A stretch of 64,000 bases of DNA from Schizosaccharomyces osmophilus. Its lineage: Eukaryota. Under the pieces are notes generated by a model. That model saw only the letters and a program-made list of their open reading frames with translations, was not told the DNA's origin and made no database searches. Location: assembly GCF_027921745.1 (NCBI RefSeq), contig NC_079239.1, positions 2,728,001-2,792,000 on the forward strand, read 5' to 3'. Each line of letters opens with the position of its first letter. The first letter of the stretch is position 1. This document shows positions 22,335 through 34,354 of the stretch, piece by piece. The position numbers were made by a program, and so were the translations under genes.

Positions 22335-22603
22335 TGTTAAATATGATGATGGTCCGGGGTATTCCCTGATTTTAAAATGCGGAAAGGCTTGACTTGAAGC
22401 CTGATATTCTACTGTTGTTGACAGAAAATATATCGGCATGCTTATGTTCCTTTCCGTGGGTTTGTCCTGTTGTGCTGATTCAGTCTTCCTCATAGACTGA
22501 ACTTATGCAGAATACTTCTAGTTCAATTGGTTTTATCATTCAGATCTGTAACTGTTAATTGCAACTTTAGACTATAGAAATTGTGAGAGAGCATCACCAC
22601 ATA
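22335..22603 (+). ncRNA. Candidate structured snoRNA-like RNA (C/D and/or H/ACA features)
   Basis: ATGATGA 22343-22349, CTGA 22366-22369 and 22401-22404. Hairpins AGGCTT/AAGCCT, TTCAGTCT/AGACTGAA and TCTAGTT-CAATTGG/TTAATTG-CAACTTTAGA, each followed by ANANNA. ACA at 22598-22600. TATATAA at about 22269. No target identified. Confidence 0.35.
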
Positions 22604-22932
22604 TTCGACTTTGGCGCTTGCGTGGTTTCATTCTATAGATTAATCCATCTTTGACTATAGTAATATTTCATACATTCGTTGTAGAGTTGTTTTGAAAGCA
22701 TTTGGCATACTTAGCTTTGCTTCTTGCCGTTATATGAATAGGATAAAACAGTGTCTTTTATGTTGATTGTTTTCTTTTATTTCGTTTCATTTAATAAATT
22801 ATTCGTTTTTTTTTTCTCACTAGTTTTGTAGTTGTAATAAATACCTCATTTAAGTAATATCTTCCATGAATATTTGGCACTCGTTGACTCTTGTTATAAC
22901 CCAACGGCCAACTAAAACTTCACCACTCCCAA

Positions 22933-24633
22933 ATGGCAACTGGATTTAAATTGCCTGATTTACCACCCGTAAAATCAGCATGGGGGCCTCATGAGACTGA
23001 GCAGTTTAGTGAAGACGTCCCTTATGCTCCTTTCAGCAAAGGTGACCGTTTAGGTAAAATTGCTGACTGGTCTGTTGAGCAACCCAAAGATGGTCGCGAA
23101 CAAAGAGGCCGTCAAGGAGCTTTCGTTAATAGATTTCGTGACCAATATCAAACATATGGTCATGGTGCCGCTTCTGTCTTTGCTTATCAACACTCCGAGG
23201 ATGAATCATCGTTCTCTGTGATTGATCGTGGCTCTGTTAACCGTGTCCGTACCTCTGCCCGTGGAACTATGTTGAAGGTACGTGGCCGTGGTCAAAACAC
23301 TCAACGTGGAGGAGCTGGACGTGGTGGTCGTTTCGGTGGAGGTGGACGTGGTGGCACTGAAACTGTCATGAGTCGTGCTGCTGGCGGCGGTGGTGGTGCT
23401 AGAGGCCGTCGTTTTGGCTGGAAAGATTATGACAAGCATCAACGCATCCGTAATGCTAGTGTTGCTGTCGGCAATGAATGGGAGTTGCTTGAGGAAATTG
23501 AGTTTAGCCATTTGTCCAAGCTCAATTTGGCTGCTACTGCTCCTGAGACCGTCGACACTTACGGTTATGTTTATCCTTATGATAAGTCTTTCGACAAGGT
23601 GCACGTTAAATCTGAGAAGCCTTTGCAAGCCTTGGATCGCGTTCATTACAACACTACCACTACAGAAGATCCCGTTATTCAAAAGCTCGCTGTTTCAAGT
23701 GAAGCCAACATCTTTATCACTGATAGTGTCTTGTCCTTGTTGATGTGTTCTACTCGTTCCATTTACCCCTGGGATATTGTTATTACCCGCCAAAGCGGCA
23801 AGCTTTTCTTTGACAAGCGTGAAGGTGGTCCTTTCGATTATCTTACCGTAAATGAGAATGCCTACGATTCCCCTATGGACAATGATGACCGTGAAGGAGT
23901 TAACTCTCCTGGTGCCTTGTCTGTTGAAGCTACTTACATCAATCAAAACTTCTCCGTTCAAGCTGTTCGTGAAGCTGAAGAAGAAAAGCATGACTTGAAT
24001 CATCCCAATCCTTTCTACAACTCCAAGGAAGAGAACGAGCCTTTGGCTGCACATGGCTATGTTTACCGTAAGGTTAATTTGTCCCTTGATTCAGATGAGA
24101 AGCCTGTAAACTTGATGGTTCGTGCAGAAGTTGATGGCTACATGAAGACACCTTCCAATGACGTCCAATATGTTTCCATTAAGGCCTTGAATGAATATGA
24201 TCCCAAGTTTACCAATGTTGCTGGCTCTGTGGACTGGCGCTCTAAGCTTGAAAGCCAACGTGGTGCTGTCTTTGCTACTGAGATGAAGAATAACAGCTGC
24301 AAGCTTGCTCGCTGGACGACTGAAGCTCTTTTAGCTGGCGTTGATACTATGAAGATTGGTTTTGTTAGCCGTTCGAATATCCGCGATGCTCAACATCATG
24401 GTATCCTTGGCGTCGTTGCTTATAAGCCTGCTGATTTGGCCAACCAAATGAACATGAGCTTGAGTAATGGATGGGGTATTGTACGTACTATGGCTGATAT
24501 CTGTTTTAAGATGCCAGATGGCAAATATTCTCTCGTCAAAGATCCCAACAGACCCATTGTGCGTTTGTACTCTGTTCCTCCTGAAACTTTTGAGGAGCCT
24601 ACTGCACCTGCTTCTGAAATTTCATCTTCTTGA
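22933..24633 (+). CDS. moe1: Translation initiation factor eIF3 subunit d
   Basis: VPYAPFSKGDRLGKIADW, RGG-rich segment, DWRSKLESQRGAVFATEMKNNSCKLARW. Confidence 0.96.
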   Translation: MATGFKLPDLPPVKSAWGPHETEQFSEDVPYAPFSKGDRLGKIADWSVEQPKDGREQRGRQGAFVNRFRDQYQTYGHGAASVFAYQHSEDESSFSVIDRGSVNRVRTSARGTMLKVRGRGQNTQRGGAGRGGRFGGGGRGGTETVMSRAAGGGGGARGRRFGWKDYDKHQRIRNASVAVGNEWELLEEIEFSHLSKLNLAATAPETVDTYGYVYPYDKSFDKVHVKSEKPLQALDRVHYNTTTTEDPVIQKLAVSSEANIFITDSVLSLLMCSTRSIYPWDIVITRQSGKLFFDKREGGPFDYLTVNENAYDSPMDNDDREGVNSPGALSVEATYINQNFSVQAVREAEEEKHDLNHPNPFYNSKEENEPLAAHGYVYRKVNLSLDSDEKPVNLMVRAEVDGYMKTPSNDVQYVSIKALNEYDPKFTNVAGSVDWRSKLESQRGAVFATEMKNNSCKLARWTTEALLAGVDTMKIGFVSRSNIRDAQHHGILGVVAYKPADLANQMNMSLSNGWGIVRTMADICFKMPDGKYSLVKDPNRPIVRLYSVPPETFEEPTAPASEISSS

Positions 24634-25201
24634 ATTCGTTTTGTAAATTTATTAAAGGATAAAAGCGTTGGAAGAGAATAAAATTTTTTTAGGAATCTGA
24701 AAATTGATGAGTGATTGCTAGACATAAGAGACTTCCATTTAAAGAGTAACTCACGTTTAAAATAACTTAATTGCTGCGACCCAAGAAGAACTAAAATCAC
24801 TACTTTAGTTGTTTTCATAAGCTTTATTTACATGTACAATAATTTAACTTGCTGTTTCACGGTAATCGGTAAAAGCATTTTGTGATATTGTTTTGAATAG
24901 TGGTAAATACTTTAGTACCACGCTTTATGTGTCGCTATTCATTGCCACCTGTATATATTAATATAATACTGAATCTTCACCCTAAGCTTACAAAGCATCA
25001 AAGCATCTTATATATATAAAGGCGACATAATTCCTAATAGAAGTTGTTACGTTAACGACAAAATATCTTAAGAACAAGTTTTTCATTCTTTTGTTCTCTG
25101 TCGAGGAATTTTACGGGATTGAAAGGATTGAACTCGGTCTCCCCTGGTGTGAGAGGAATTAATTGATATAATTATCGAAGAAAGAAAAAAAGCATAAATT
25201 T

Positions 25202-26164
25202 ATGCAGGTTCAAGAGACAAAGCCTATTGATGCTCCAGAGCATTGCCCTGGACCTTCCTCAGAAACTGCAGGAGCAGCATCAGCTTGTGCAGGATGCCCG
25301 AATCAACAAATTTGTGCCTCTGCTCCTCGAGGAGAAGATCCAGATTTGCCATTGGTGACGGAACGATTGAGTAAGATTAAGAAGAAAATACTTGTACTTT
25401 CAGGAAAAGGCGGTGTGGGAAAATCTACGTTTTCCGCTCAATTGGCATGGGCATTGTCTTTAGAAGAAGACAAACAAATTGGCTTAATGGATGTCGATAT
25501 TTGTGGCCCATCAATTCCGAGAATTATGGGCGTCGAAAAAGAAGAAGCTCATCAGTCCAGCGAGGGTTGGTCTCCAATTTATGTGTGCCCTAATCTAGCG
25601 GTTATGTCCATAGGCTTTTTGTTGCCTAGTGACGATTCATCGGTTATTTGGAGAGGGCCCAAGAAGAATGGATTAATTAAACAGTTCATTAAAGATGTCA
25701 ACTGGGAGAATTTGGATTTTCTTATTGTTGATACACCTCCAGGAACTAGCGATGAACACTTGTCCTTGGTTCAATTTTTTAAAAATGCAGGGATTGATGG
25801 TGCCATTGTCGTTACAACTCCTCAAGAAGTAGCGTTGCAAGATGTTCGTAAAGAAATCGATTTCTGTAGAAAGGCTTCCATTCCCGTTTTAGGTGTCGTG
25901 GAGAATATGAGTGGGTTTGTATGCCCTTCTTGTCGAAATAAGACTAATATATTTACTGTAAATACTGGAGGTGGTGAAGCATTAGCGCAAGAGATGAATA
26001 TTCCCTTTTTGGGACGTGTTCCTTTGGATCCTGCTATCGCTCGTTCTTGCGACTTTGGTAAAAGTTTTGTTGATGAATGCCCCGAATCTCCAGCGTCCGA
26101 GATTATAATCGATATTATAAACAAGGTGGATTATAATTTACAAGCACAAAAAGGGTCTTCTTAA
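25202..26164 (+). CDS. nbp35: Cytosolic Fe-S cluster assembly ATPase Nbp35
   Basis: N-terminal CPG...[11 protein letters not shown]ys motif, [11 protein letters not shown]-loop, [14 protein letters not shown]. Confidence 0.96.
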   Translation: MQVQETKPIDAPEHCPGPSSETAGAASACAGCPNQQICASAPRGEDPDLPLVTERLSKIKKKILVLSGKGGVGKSTFSAQLAWALSLEEDKQIGLMDVDICGPSIPRIMGVEKEEAHQSSEGWSPIYVCPNLAVMSIGFLLPSDDSSVIWRGPKKNGLIKQFIKDVNWENLDFLIVDTPPGTSDEHLSLVQFFKNAGIDGAIVVTTPQEVALQDVRKEIDFCRKASIPVLGVVENMSGFVCPSCRNKTNIFTVNTGGGEALAQEMNIPFLGRVPLDPAIARSCDFGKSFVDECPESPASEIIIDIINKVDYNLQAQKGSS

Positions 26165-26507
26165 AAGGAAAACCCCACAATTGGCAACAGCTACGGATAT
26201 CATGGATGATAATGACAATAGATGATTTGCTTACTTGGGACTGTGGTTTAAGTATACAAATTGGTATTTTTGATGGAATGCTTCTACATATTACATTAGC
26301 ATATCTAAAAAGACTGTATTTTTACAAGACTGAATGTTGAGTTTATTTAAATTGTAGCTTTAAAAAAGTAAATATGCATGAAATTTTGAATTTTTTTATA
26401 ATACATCAAAAAATTGTTCTTGGGACTTGGAAATTATTATAACAAGTACATTCTCAATATGCTCAAACACTTTCTACAGGCAAACCAATTGTAGCGGAAT
26501 CCAAATT

Positions 26508-28385
26508 ATGGCGGCCGTTCAAAATGGGATGAAGAAGGAAGAGTTAAAGGATGCTAAGTTAGAAAAGCATCAACTGGAGAAGAAACAGAGAAAGTTGAAG
26601 CGAAAAGCTGAGACTGGCACTTCTTCAAGCGATTCCTCAAAATCAGGGAAAGAGTCGCCGGACGAAAAGGACGAGAGCGAAAAGAAGAAAAAGAAAAAGA
26701 AAAAGCTGAAAAAGTCAAAGCAACCTCTTAATGATGAAAACTATCCAAGGTTGCAGTCTACAGAGAACAACTTGCAAAAACCTATAAAAATTGCAGATTT
26801 ACAAGAGCTTTTATTTTGGTGTCTTGCCGACGGACAAGCGCCATCCTGGGTTTTGGTACGAAATAAACAGCATATCCGTCGTGCAGTGGTTTTGCTGGTA
26901 CCGGGTTTAGAGCCTTCGCAATTTGGATTCAAACCTGTTAAGGGTGACAAGCATTCGTTTTTATTACCTACTGCCTTGAAGGATAAGACTCCTAGCGAAC
27001 TATCAGAATTTGATGACATTTTTAAACTCGCATGGCCCACTCGATCTCCTGGAGATCGATATCGTGTATTCTCTCCGGTGAATGCTTTTCTGCAATCACT
27101 TTTGAGCAATGAACAAAAAAAGAAGAGAGACCGAGAGATGAGATCCATGTCAAAGTCCAGCAAACCGGAAGATTACCTCATGTCCTACGAGTCTTTCGTA
27201 GAAGATGAGTATCCGTTGCATCCTACAATCAAGCTTGATTCTGAACCCAATGAACTTCCTGAAGGTTGGGTCGCTTCCAATGCTGATTTCCATCAACGTC
27301 CACAGGAACCAAACATCCTTGCTATGGATTGTGAGATGGTAAAGACTGAAAATGGATCCGAAATTGCTCGTGTCACCATTGTTGATCTAAAAAATGAAGT
27401 TTTGTACGATGAACTCGTCAAGCCAGGTTTCCCAGTTACCGATTATGTAACTCAATTTTCTGGTATAACGGAGGAAAAGCTGGCTCCAGTTACAACTAGA
27501 CTAGCAGACGTACATGCTTACTTACAGAAAACAATTGACAATAATGTGGTTTTCCTAGGTCACAGCCTTAATTCGGATCTGAACTGTCTTCGCTTTGTTC
27601 ATCCTCACATTATAGATACAGCGAATATGTATAATCACACACGTGGGCCTCCTTCAAAGCCGTCTCTTAAATGGTTAGCTTCAAAATGGTTGCATAAGGA
27701 AATTCAAAAAGGCGGAGCTTTAGGTCACGATTCAGCAGAAGATGCCACTACCTGTGTCGAGCTTTTGAAGCTTAAGATAAAAAATGGCCCTGGTTTTGGT
27801 CTGTTTAATCAGGATTTTGAATCAATTTTCCATCGTCTTTCACGACAACAGCCGACGCCATTAATTGGTGCAATTGCTGATTATGGAAATCCAGAAGCCT
27901 GCATCGGAAAAGCAGCTCACAAGAACGTATCATGTTCAAATGATGATGAGATTATTAGTGCTGCCGTTACTTTATCGGATATGCATAACTTCGTTTGGGC
28001 TCGATTGCGGGAAGTAGAACAAGTGGCCCAGTGGAATGTAAATCGTGCAAACCAGAAACAAAGTAATGGCACGGATTCGGATACAAGTGCTGGAGAGCAG
28101 GATAATGATGAAGTGAATTATTCCCAAGCACTGGTTCACTTGAATAGAAGAATCCGACTTTTGTACGATTCACTCCCAAGCGGTACGCTTTTCATGATTT
28201 ATACAGGAACGGGAAATCCTATAGAGATGTCCAGGTTAAATAGTATTCGCCAGACATTTCGAAAAGAGTATCAAACGAAAAAATGGGACGAGCTATCCGT
28301 ACAATGGACAGACGAAGAAAATGCTAAACTGATCAACTCTGTCGAAAATACCCGGAATGGTTTATCCTTCTTCACCGTAAAATAG
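26508..28385 (+). CDS. rex1: DEDD 3'-5' RNA exonuclease (Rex1/RNase H70 family)
   Basis: AMDCEMV, GHSLNSDL, IIDTA and GHDSAEDA motifs; first ATG at 26508. Confidence 0.9.
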   Translation: MAAVQNGMKKEELKDAKLEKHQLEKKQRKLKRKAETGTSSSDSSKSGKESPDEKDESEKKKKKKKKLKKSKQPLNDENYPRLQSTENNLQKPIKIADLQELLFWCLADGQAPSWVLVRNKQHIRRAVVLLVPGLEPSQFGFKPVKGDKHSFLLPTALKDKTPSELSEFDDIFKLAWPTRSPGDRYRVFSPVNAFLQSLLSNEQKKKRDREMRSMSKSSKPEDYLMSYESFVEDEYPLHPTIKLDSEPNELPEGWVASNADFHQRPQEPNILAMDCEMVKTENGSEIARVTIVDLKNEVLYDELVKPGFPVTDYVTQFSGITEEKLAPVTTRLADVHAYLQKTIDNNVVFLGHSLNSDLNCLRFVHPHIIDTANMYNHTRGPPSKPSLKWLASKWLHKEIQKGGALGHDSAEDATTCVELLKLKIKNGPGFGLFNQDFESIFHRLSRQQPTPLIGAIADYGNPEACIGKAAHKNVSCSNDDEIISAAVTLSDMHNFVWARLREVEQVAQWNVNRANQKQSNGTDSDTSAGEQDNDEVNYSQALVHLNRRIRLLYDSLPSGTLFMIYTGTGNPIEMSRLNSIRQTFRKEYQTKKWDELSVQWTDEENAKLINSVENTRNGLSFFTVK

Positions 28386-28779
28386 AAAAGATTTTGGATT
28401 TGCTAGTGATTTACGCGTCATGTATTCATTGTTTAGACTGTTTTGTACAACATGCATGAATAATCTATATCATACAAGTTTTGGGTTTCATAACATTCAT
28501 GGAAAGTGGAAATTAAATACATATATATATCTCTTTATCAGTTGATAATTGAAATTCGGTGGTAAAACAAAATAGTCAGAGACATAATAGTAAGTATCAA
28601 ATTTCATAAACAAGTATTCATTCAAGAACATCGAGTTCTAACACGTTTTCTAATTTGCACATGGAAAATTCATTTCATGTGTAAACAAAATTGATTTCAC
28701 CGTACCAATTGGTTTGTATTTTCGGATATGTCGTAAGTAATAATTAGCATTCAACTAAAGACATGCAAACAAAGAAAGT

Positions 28780-29674
28780 TTATTCTTGCATTTTTTTATC
28801 GCCTTGTTCTTCGGCTGGCTCGGACGGCTCAGCTGGTTTTTGAGCAGAAACTTCTTGGCGAGCCCGTTCTTCGGCCATAGAAAGCTCCAAAGCCAAGGCC
28901 AACTCGGGGTCAAGGTTAGGATCAACACCATATTCAAATTGACCTTGGGAAGCAGGAACACCTTGTCCAATGGGAGATTGGTTCACCAAGTCTGAGAGGA
29001 GTTGCGAGCTTGGGGGGACACTTACAAGATGGCTAAAGACACGTTAGTATAAAATCTTTGATGTATGTTTTAGATTATACCAATTATCATTCGAATTTGC
29101 AGCTTCAATAAAACGCTGTAATGCACCTTCGCTTTCAAGTTCTCCGATATGGATAATATCAATAGCTATATTATTTTTCTTCATCCTCTTCGCCAAGCGA
29201 ATTAGGTTCTTTTCATCTTCAACGACAGGAGAGCCAACAAATGCAACAATTCTAGGTCTTTGAGTCTTGTTTTCTCGATGCTTCAGGGCAAGTTGAGCAA
29301 TTTGAATCGCATCTCCAAATTTGGAATCACCACGAACAGGTAAGTCATGCGTGGCTGATAAAAATTTACCATAGTCTCTTGTCAACGTACTTAACACCTG
29401 AGGACTAAAACACACAATGCTGTTAGTAGACACGCACTATACCGAGCTCTGAAATCCTTACTTATTCTCACCCATCGTCATCAAACCGCACATGGTTTCT
29501 GGATTATCATTGATTTTTTGGTTAAAAATCAAATGTACAGTGTCTTTTTGAGCGTCAAATCTATTGGGAATATAGTCTCCATTAATCATCCATTCAGAGT
29601 TGTCAATTCTATACTTGTTAGAGTCACCAACCTTCTATTTTTACGTACAAAAACATATTAGCCTCCAACACCAT
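28780..29674 (-). CDS. rpn10: 19S proteasome ubiquitin receptor Rpn10 (vWA + UIM)
   Basis: MVLEA start, DNSEWMINGD, IAQLALKHRENK, GVDPNLDPELALALELSM; three introns. Confidence 0.95.
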
Positions 29675-30158
29675 CTTGAATACCTTCTATTTAAGACAAT
29701 TTGATGAAGTTTGGAAAAGTATAAGTAAGCTATGCTTGGTTAATAACAAAAGTACGTTGCTGTTTCCATACAGGATTATGATATAGCGAACTAGGATGTC
29801 TTATAGTAACTACTTTACTGCATTCCGTTAGAATGTGTTACTTCTTCCAGTACATGTAAACAGTAACATTGTTTTCTTCTGCCTTTGTAGATGCAGTTGC
29901 TGTGAAAGTAGCATTATTTTCTTGTTTTACAGGCTGAATTTTATGTTAAAATAATAAGAAAGAAACTTTATGAAATTAATTGCTACGTTATTGGGAAGAT
30001 TTGTAAGTGTTTTCATTCAAAGCATTAATTGTTCGCGAATTTTACAAATCTTTTAAAATAGTTCCCCAATTTATGATATTTTTGGATAAAACTCCTAAGT
30101 CTAGCTCAATTCGCTTGTTGATTGACTCTTTTCCGGGATTTTCAACCATTGTACTGAA

Positions 30159-32129
30159 ATGAAGCTTTCGTTCTTCATCAACAAATTTAAGGTTAGATCA
30201 TGTTATTCGTTTCAAAGGCTCCATAGTACTATCCCGGTGAGTGTGCCCAAAAAATTTTTGCCATATGACTCACCAGGCAATTTGTTATGGAGGTCGGCAT
30301 TGAGTGGAATGGAGACTTATTTTGAAAAACAAAACATTGAATACCCAACTGGATACCTGCCGTCATTTTTAGAGCGTTGCCGAAATGCAAAGACGAACCA
30401 AGAATTGGCTTACTACGATTTAAAAAAAAGGGCATTGAAATCTTTGATCTCCTCCAGAAACGAAATTACGTCTGATATTTACTACAGCGATCGCGAGTAC
30501 TTGAGGAGACCTTTGCATCAAAAAAACTACACTTCTTATTTATTTCACCTTCAGCAAATGATTGCAGACAGTTTTTTTGCATACGCAAGGTTTAAAGATA
30601 TTTTGGAAAATACCAATGTGGAACTACAGAGACAGCTGACCAATATAAGAAATCCAGGAGAGCTGTATCCTGCTGCAAGAAGCCAAAAACGGCACATTAT
30701 TATGCATGTAGGCCCTACAAACAGCGGGAAAACATATCATGCTTTACAGCGTCTGAAACAGAGCGAAAAAGGTATATATGCAGGTCCATTACGCCTTTTA
30801 GCTCACGAAGTTTTTAATCGATTAAACGCTGATGGAATAAAATGCAACTTGATCACAGGTGAGGAGATCAGAAAACCCTATCTTAATCCGCAGGTTCTAT
30901 CCTGTACTGTTGAGATGTGTAGGACTCAAAATTCCTTTGAAGTTGCAGTTGTCGATGAAATACAAATGATAGCTGATCCTGATAGAGGTTTCGCCTGGAC
31001 AGAATGTTTACTGGGACTTAATGCTAAAGAAATTCACCTATGCGGAGAGGAAAGTGCTGTGAATTTGGTAATGTCTATTGCAAAGTCAACCGGAGATGAT
31101 TTTACTGTCTATCATTATAATCGTCTTAATCGCCTTAAACTTGGAAAGGGTAGTTTAAATGGTAAACTGAAGCTGCGCGAAGGTGATTGTTTGGTGGCTT
31201 TCTCACGTAAAGATATTTTTGCCTTAAAGAAAAAGGTTGAGGAAAAAATAGGAAAACGGACAGCTGTGATTTATGGCTCACTTCCTCCTGAAGTACGTAA
31301 TCAACAAGCCAACTTATTTAATTCTGATAGTCATGAAGAAAAAGTCCTGTTGGCATCAGATGCTATCGGAATGGGATTGAATTTATCAGTCAAAAGGATC
31401 ATTTTTCACACACTCAAAAAATTTAGTGGCAAAGAGATCATTGACATCCCTGCTTCTCAAGTAAAACAGATAGCTGGAAGAGCCGGCAGACACCAGGCGT
31501 CGGACTCGGAACAATCACCGGGTGTTGTCACGACTTTGTACAAAGAAGATTACGAGGCATTGAAGCTCGCAATGAAGGTTCCAACAAAAAATTTAACTCG
31601 AGCTAGCATAAAGCCGCCCGACTATGTATTTCAAAAGTACTGCACCCTTTTTCCAAGCGATATTCCCGTTCGCATGATTTTGGAACGCTACGCGAAACTT
31701 TTCAACGTACACGGACCTTATTCTGCGTCCAACTTTGGTGTGAACTTTTTTACTTTGGACTTACTCGAGACTGTGCAAGAATTGACAGTAGAAGACAAGA
31801 TTTCTCTGTTGGGCATACCGATTGGAAGACAACTTCCAAATGCTCCTGAATTTGTGCGTGTGCTCGGAAAGCACATCGCAACTGGTAGGCGCATGCAAAT
31901 ATATGATCATCCTTACCTGCCACTGGAAATAATTGACCAAGGAATTCCGAGTACTAATGAAGAATTAGTTGATCTAGAAAGACTTCATAAAAAAATAGTG
32001 GTATATCTTTGGGTAAGTCTTCGCTACCCAAATATAATATTACCAGAGGCTGCTTTGGTAGCAAAAAAGCTCACAGAAGAAATGCTAGCTAAAGGTTTAG
32101 TAAACGTCCAGGCAGGCATCGAGAAATAG
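30159..32129 (+). CDS. rpm2: Mitochondrial Suv3-family RNA helicase
   Basis: HVGPTNSGKT, GPLRLLAHE, DEIQM, ASDAIGMGLN and QIAGRAGR motifs. Confidence 0.92.
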   Translation: MKLSFFINKFKVRSCYSFQRLHSTIPVSVPKKFLPYDSPGNLLWRSALSGMETYFEKQNIEYPTGYLPSFLERCRNAKTNQELAYYDLKKRALKSLISSRNEITSDIYYSDREYLRRPLHQKNYTSYLFHLQQMIADSFFAYARFKDILENTNVELQRQLTNIRNPGELYPAARSQKRHIIMHVGPTNSGKTYHALQRLKQSEKGIYAGPLRLLAHEVFNRLNADGIKCNLITGEEIRKPYLNPQVLSCTVEMCRTQNSFEVAVVDEIQMIADPDRGFAWTECLLGLNAKEIHLCGEESAVNLVMSIAKSTGDDFTVYHYNRLNRLKLGKGSLNGKLKLREGDCLVAFSRKDIFALKKKVEEKIGKRTAVIYGSLPPEVRNQQANLFNSDSHEEKVLLASDAIGMGLNLSVKRIIFHTLKKFSGKEIIDIPASQVKQIAGRAGRHQASDSEQSPGVVTTLYKEDYEALKLAMKVPTKNLTRASIKPPDYVFQKYCTLFPSDIPVRMILERYAKLFNVHGPYSASNFGVNFFTLDLLETVQELTVEDKISLLGIPIGRQLPNAPEFVRVLGKHIATGRRMQIYDHPYLPLEIIDQGIPSTNEELVDLERLHKKIVVYLWVSLRYPNIILPEAALVAKKLTEEMLAKGLVNVQAGIEK

Positions 32130-32435
32130 ATTTTGATTTAGATAATACCTTGTATTTAATTCCCAAAAATTGGCCAGAGTCCGATCTGGCAAGAGATTAT
32201 ACCCCCTATGAGAGATTTCCGAATTGTTTTTTTGGGTTATTAGTGACTTATAGAATACAAAGATTACCGCCTAATATTAATATTTAACTCTCCAAGTTTA
32301 ATAAAAGTAACCGATGTTTCATTAATCAAGCTTTGTTTAACATCAATTCGTTATTAAGCTACATATGCTATATCAGGTAGAAATTTTATTATCGTATAGA
32401 ATTGGCCAGCAATCCTCAATTTAGATAAAATATGT

Positions 32436-33821
32436 TTACCAACGAAAGCGTAATTGAGAAGGATGAAATACTGGAGGCTGCCATTCAGATAACAAGTTAG
32501 GCTCAATCCTTCTTCGTTTCTTTGATTTTATTCTTTCGTATTGTTGTTCAATACCCTCTGTGATACAGACAATAAATTGCCCTTTATAGTACTTTAGCAT
32601 GTCAAGGGCTTGAAGTGTATGCAAAACATCGTTTGTAGTCATAGCAGTCTTGTTTGCAAGTTCATCAATGGTGGTCTCATTTCGCATACTGCAGACGAGA
32701 ATTATAATTTGTTCTGCCCAATAAGCTCGATAACTTATAAGACCCAAATCGGAAAGAGGTTTTTCGGGAGAACCGTGTTTGTGCTCTTTTTTGGACAACT
32801 CATATGAAAATTGGATTAACAGTTTACCGTAACCGTGTTGTTGATATTGAGGCAAAGTTAATATACAGGCAAGATTATAATTTTCGGCTGATTCTTTTTC
32901 TTTTGAGAAATATCCAACTAGATGACAACCATATTCATCTCTTCGGCACATTGCATAGAATAAAAACGGGTCGACATCATAATAGAGCATTTTATGGTCT
33001 AAAAAGAGTTTTGATAAAAGGCAGACATTTCTGCACCAAGTCTTTTGTTTACGGCCATCAATTTCAAAAAACGAAATGTAGTCATCTCTATAAATTTCAT
33101 TACCAGGGGGATGTTGCAAGCTACATTTCTGACGATGGCGCTCAAATTGACGTTCAGATCCATAGTAGCAAAAACAAAAAGAACATATGTAAACCACATC
33201 TACATCAGAAAACTCCTTTGGATAAGGAGAGAAATACCAAGGCTCAATCTCATGATCACCAAGCTGAATCTTGTTTATATTCCGAATGCGGGCGATTTCA
33301 TGGGGATTTTGAACCATAGACCCACTAAAACGAAGCCTTTCTACTTCCTCTTCTTTGGATACCGGGGCTTTTTTATCTTCTTCATCTAACAAGGGAAGAC
33401 TTTCAGCGTTTGATCCATGATCACTCTCGATAGAAGGGGTAGAGGGTTCAACCTTGGCCGAAGGTGTACCCGGTTCGGTTTTTGCCGGTTTAGTCAAAGA
33501 TTTTCTTCGATCATTCTTCGGGTATTTTGACTCTGCTGACTTCCCTTTTCCGTGAGCTTTTTTTGGCTTCTCAGGAGGCGGATACTCGATTCCTCTTTTT
33601 AAATCAATGCTTTCGACAGTAATCCACTCATCTAATCGCTTGTTGTAATCATCGTAATGTACATAATAGAAAGTGCCACTAGCTTTTTTCTGAATCATTA
33701 AGATTTCCGCCTTTCGATACTCCCCATCTTTAAAAGCATAAACCTTTGATTTGTAAACAATATCTTGCTCATGATGCTTTTTTTCCCCGTTTGTCATTCC
33801 ATTGTTTTCCTCTTTTACCAT
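32436..33821 (-). CDS. mst1: MYST histone acetyltransferase (Esa1/Tip60), chromo-barrel + MYST domain
   Basis: YYVHYDDYNKRLDEW, WYFSPYP, LFLDHKMLYYDV, GSPEKPLSDLG. Confidence 0.96.
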   Translation of the reverse strand: MVKEENNGMTNGEKKHHEQDIVYKSKVYAFKDGEYRKAEILMIQKKASGTFYYVHYDDYNKRLDEWITVESIDLKRGIEYPPPEKPKKAHGKGKSAESKYPKNDRRKSLTKPAKTEPGTPSAKVEPSTPSIESDHGSNAESLPLLDEEDKKAPVSKEEEVERLRFSGSMVQNPHEIARIRNINKIQLGDHEIEPWYFSPYPKEFSDVDVVYICSFCFCYYGSERQFERHRQKCSLQHPPGNEIYRDDYISFFEIDGRKQKTWCRNVCLLSKLFLDHKMLYYDVDPFLFYAMCRRDEYGCHLVGYFSKEKESAENYNLACILTLPQYQQHGYGKLLIQFSYELSKKEHKHGSPEKPLSDLGLISYRAYWAEQIIILVCSMRNETTIDELANKTAMTTNDVLHTLQALDMLKYYKGQFIVCITEGIEQQYERIKSKKRRRIEPNLLSEWQPPVFHPSQLRFRW

Positions 33822-34354
33822 TTTGCTTCACCAAAACGCATATCAAACATCAATAGAATACAAATTTCATCCAAGGTACAATTCCTTTAAAATTGTAGGT
33901 GGAACTTTTTTACGTAGTTCATTAAATCAATAAAGGCAATTTCTCTTTCTCCCTAAATACCTTGAAAGATATATTATGAGGTTTAACGAAGTTTAATAAA
34001 CATATTTACAGATGAATTTGTTTATGTTACTCATTATTGTGATTCAGTCTGAGTAGTTACAGTCTAGTTTGACAGCGTTGCTAGTAAAAACAAGAATCTT
34101 TTAAGAAAACAATTAAAGAACTATAGCAACTATAGGAATGTCGACAGTAGTAACTTAAAGAAGCATTAAGTCGGAAATCAACCAAATGAGACCCAAATGG
34201 CAATCCACAATACAAGATTATCCATAACAAAAATTACAGTATTAATTATTACAGGCGACAATCAAGCCATGATTTAATAGATAATCATTCACACCTCAAA
34301 AAACGGTTGATTCTCAAATAAAACATGTATTTACATCAGAATGGTTCCCACAAA

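Noticed and set aside
22509..22580. snR30/U17 identity for the ncRNA candidate (ATACTTCTA and AGACTAT resemble m1/m2)
   Set aside because: Two mismatches in each normally invariant motif, and no ACA box at the expected distance
25110..25170. B-box-like GAGTTCAATCC on the minus strand upstream of nbp35 (tRNA?)
   Set aside because: No A box, acceptor stem or cloverleaf; at most an isolated TFIIIC site
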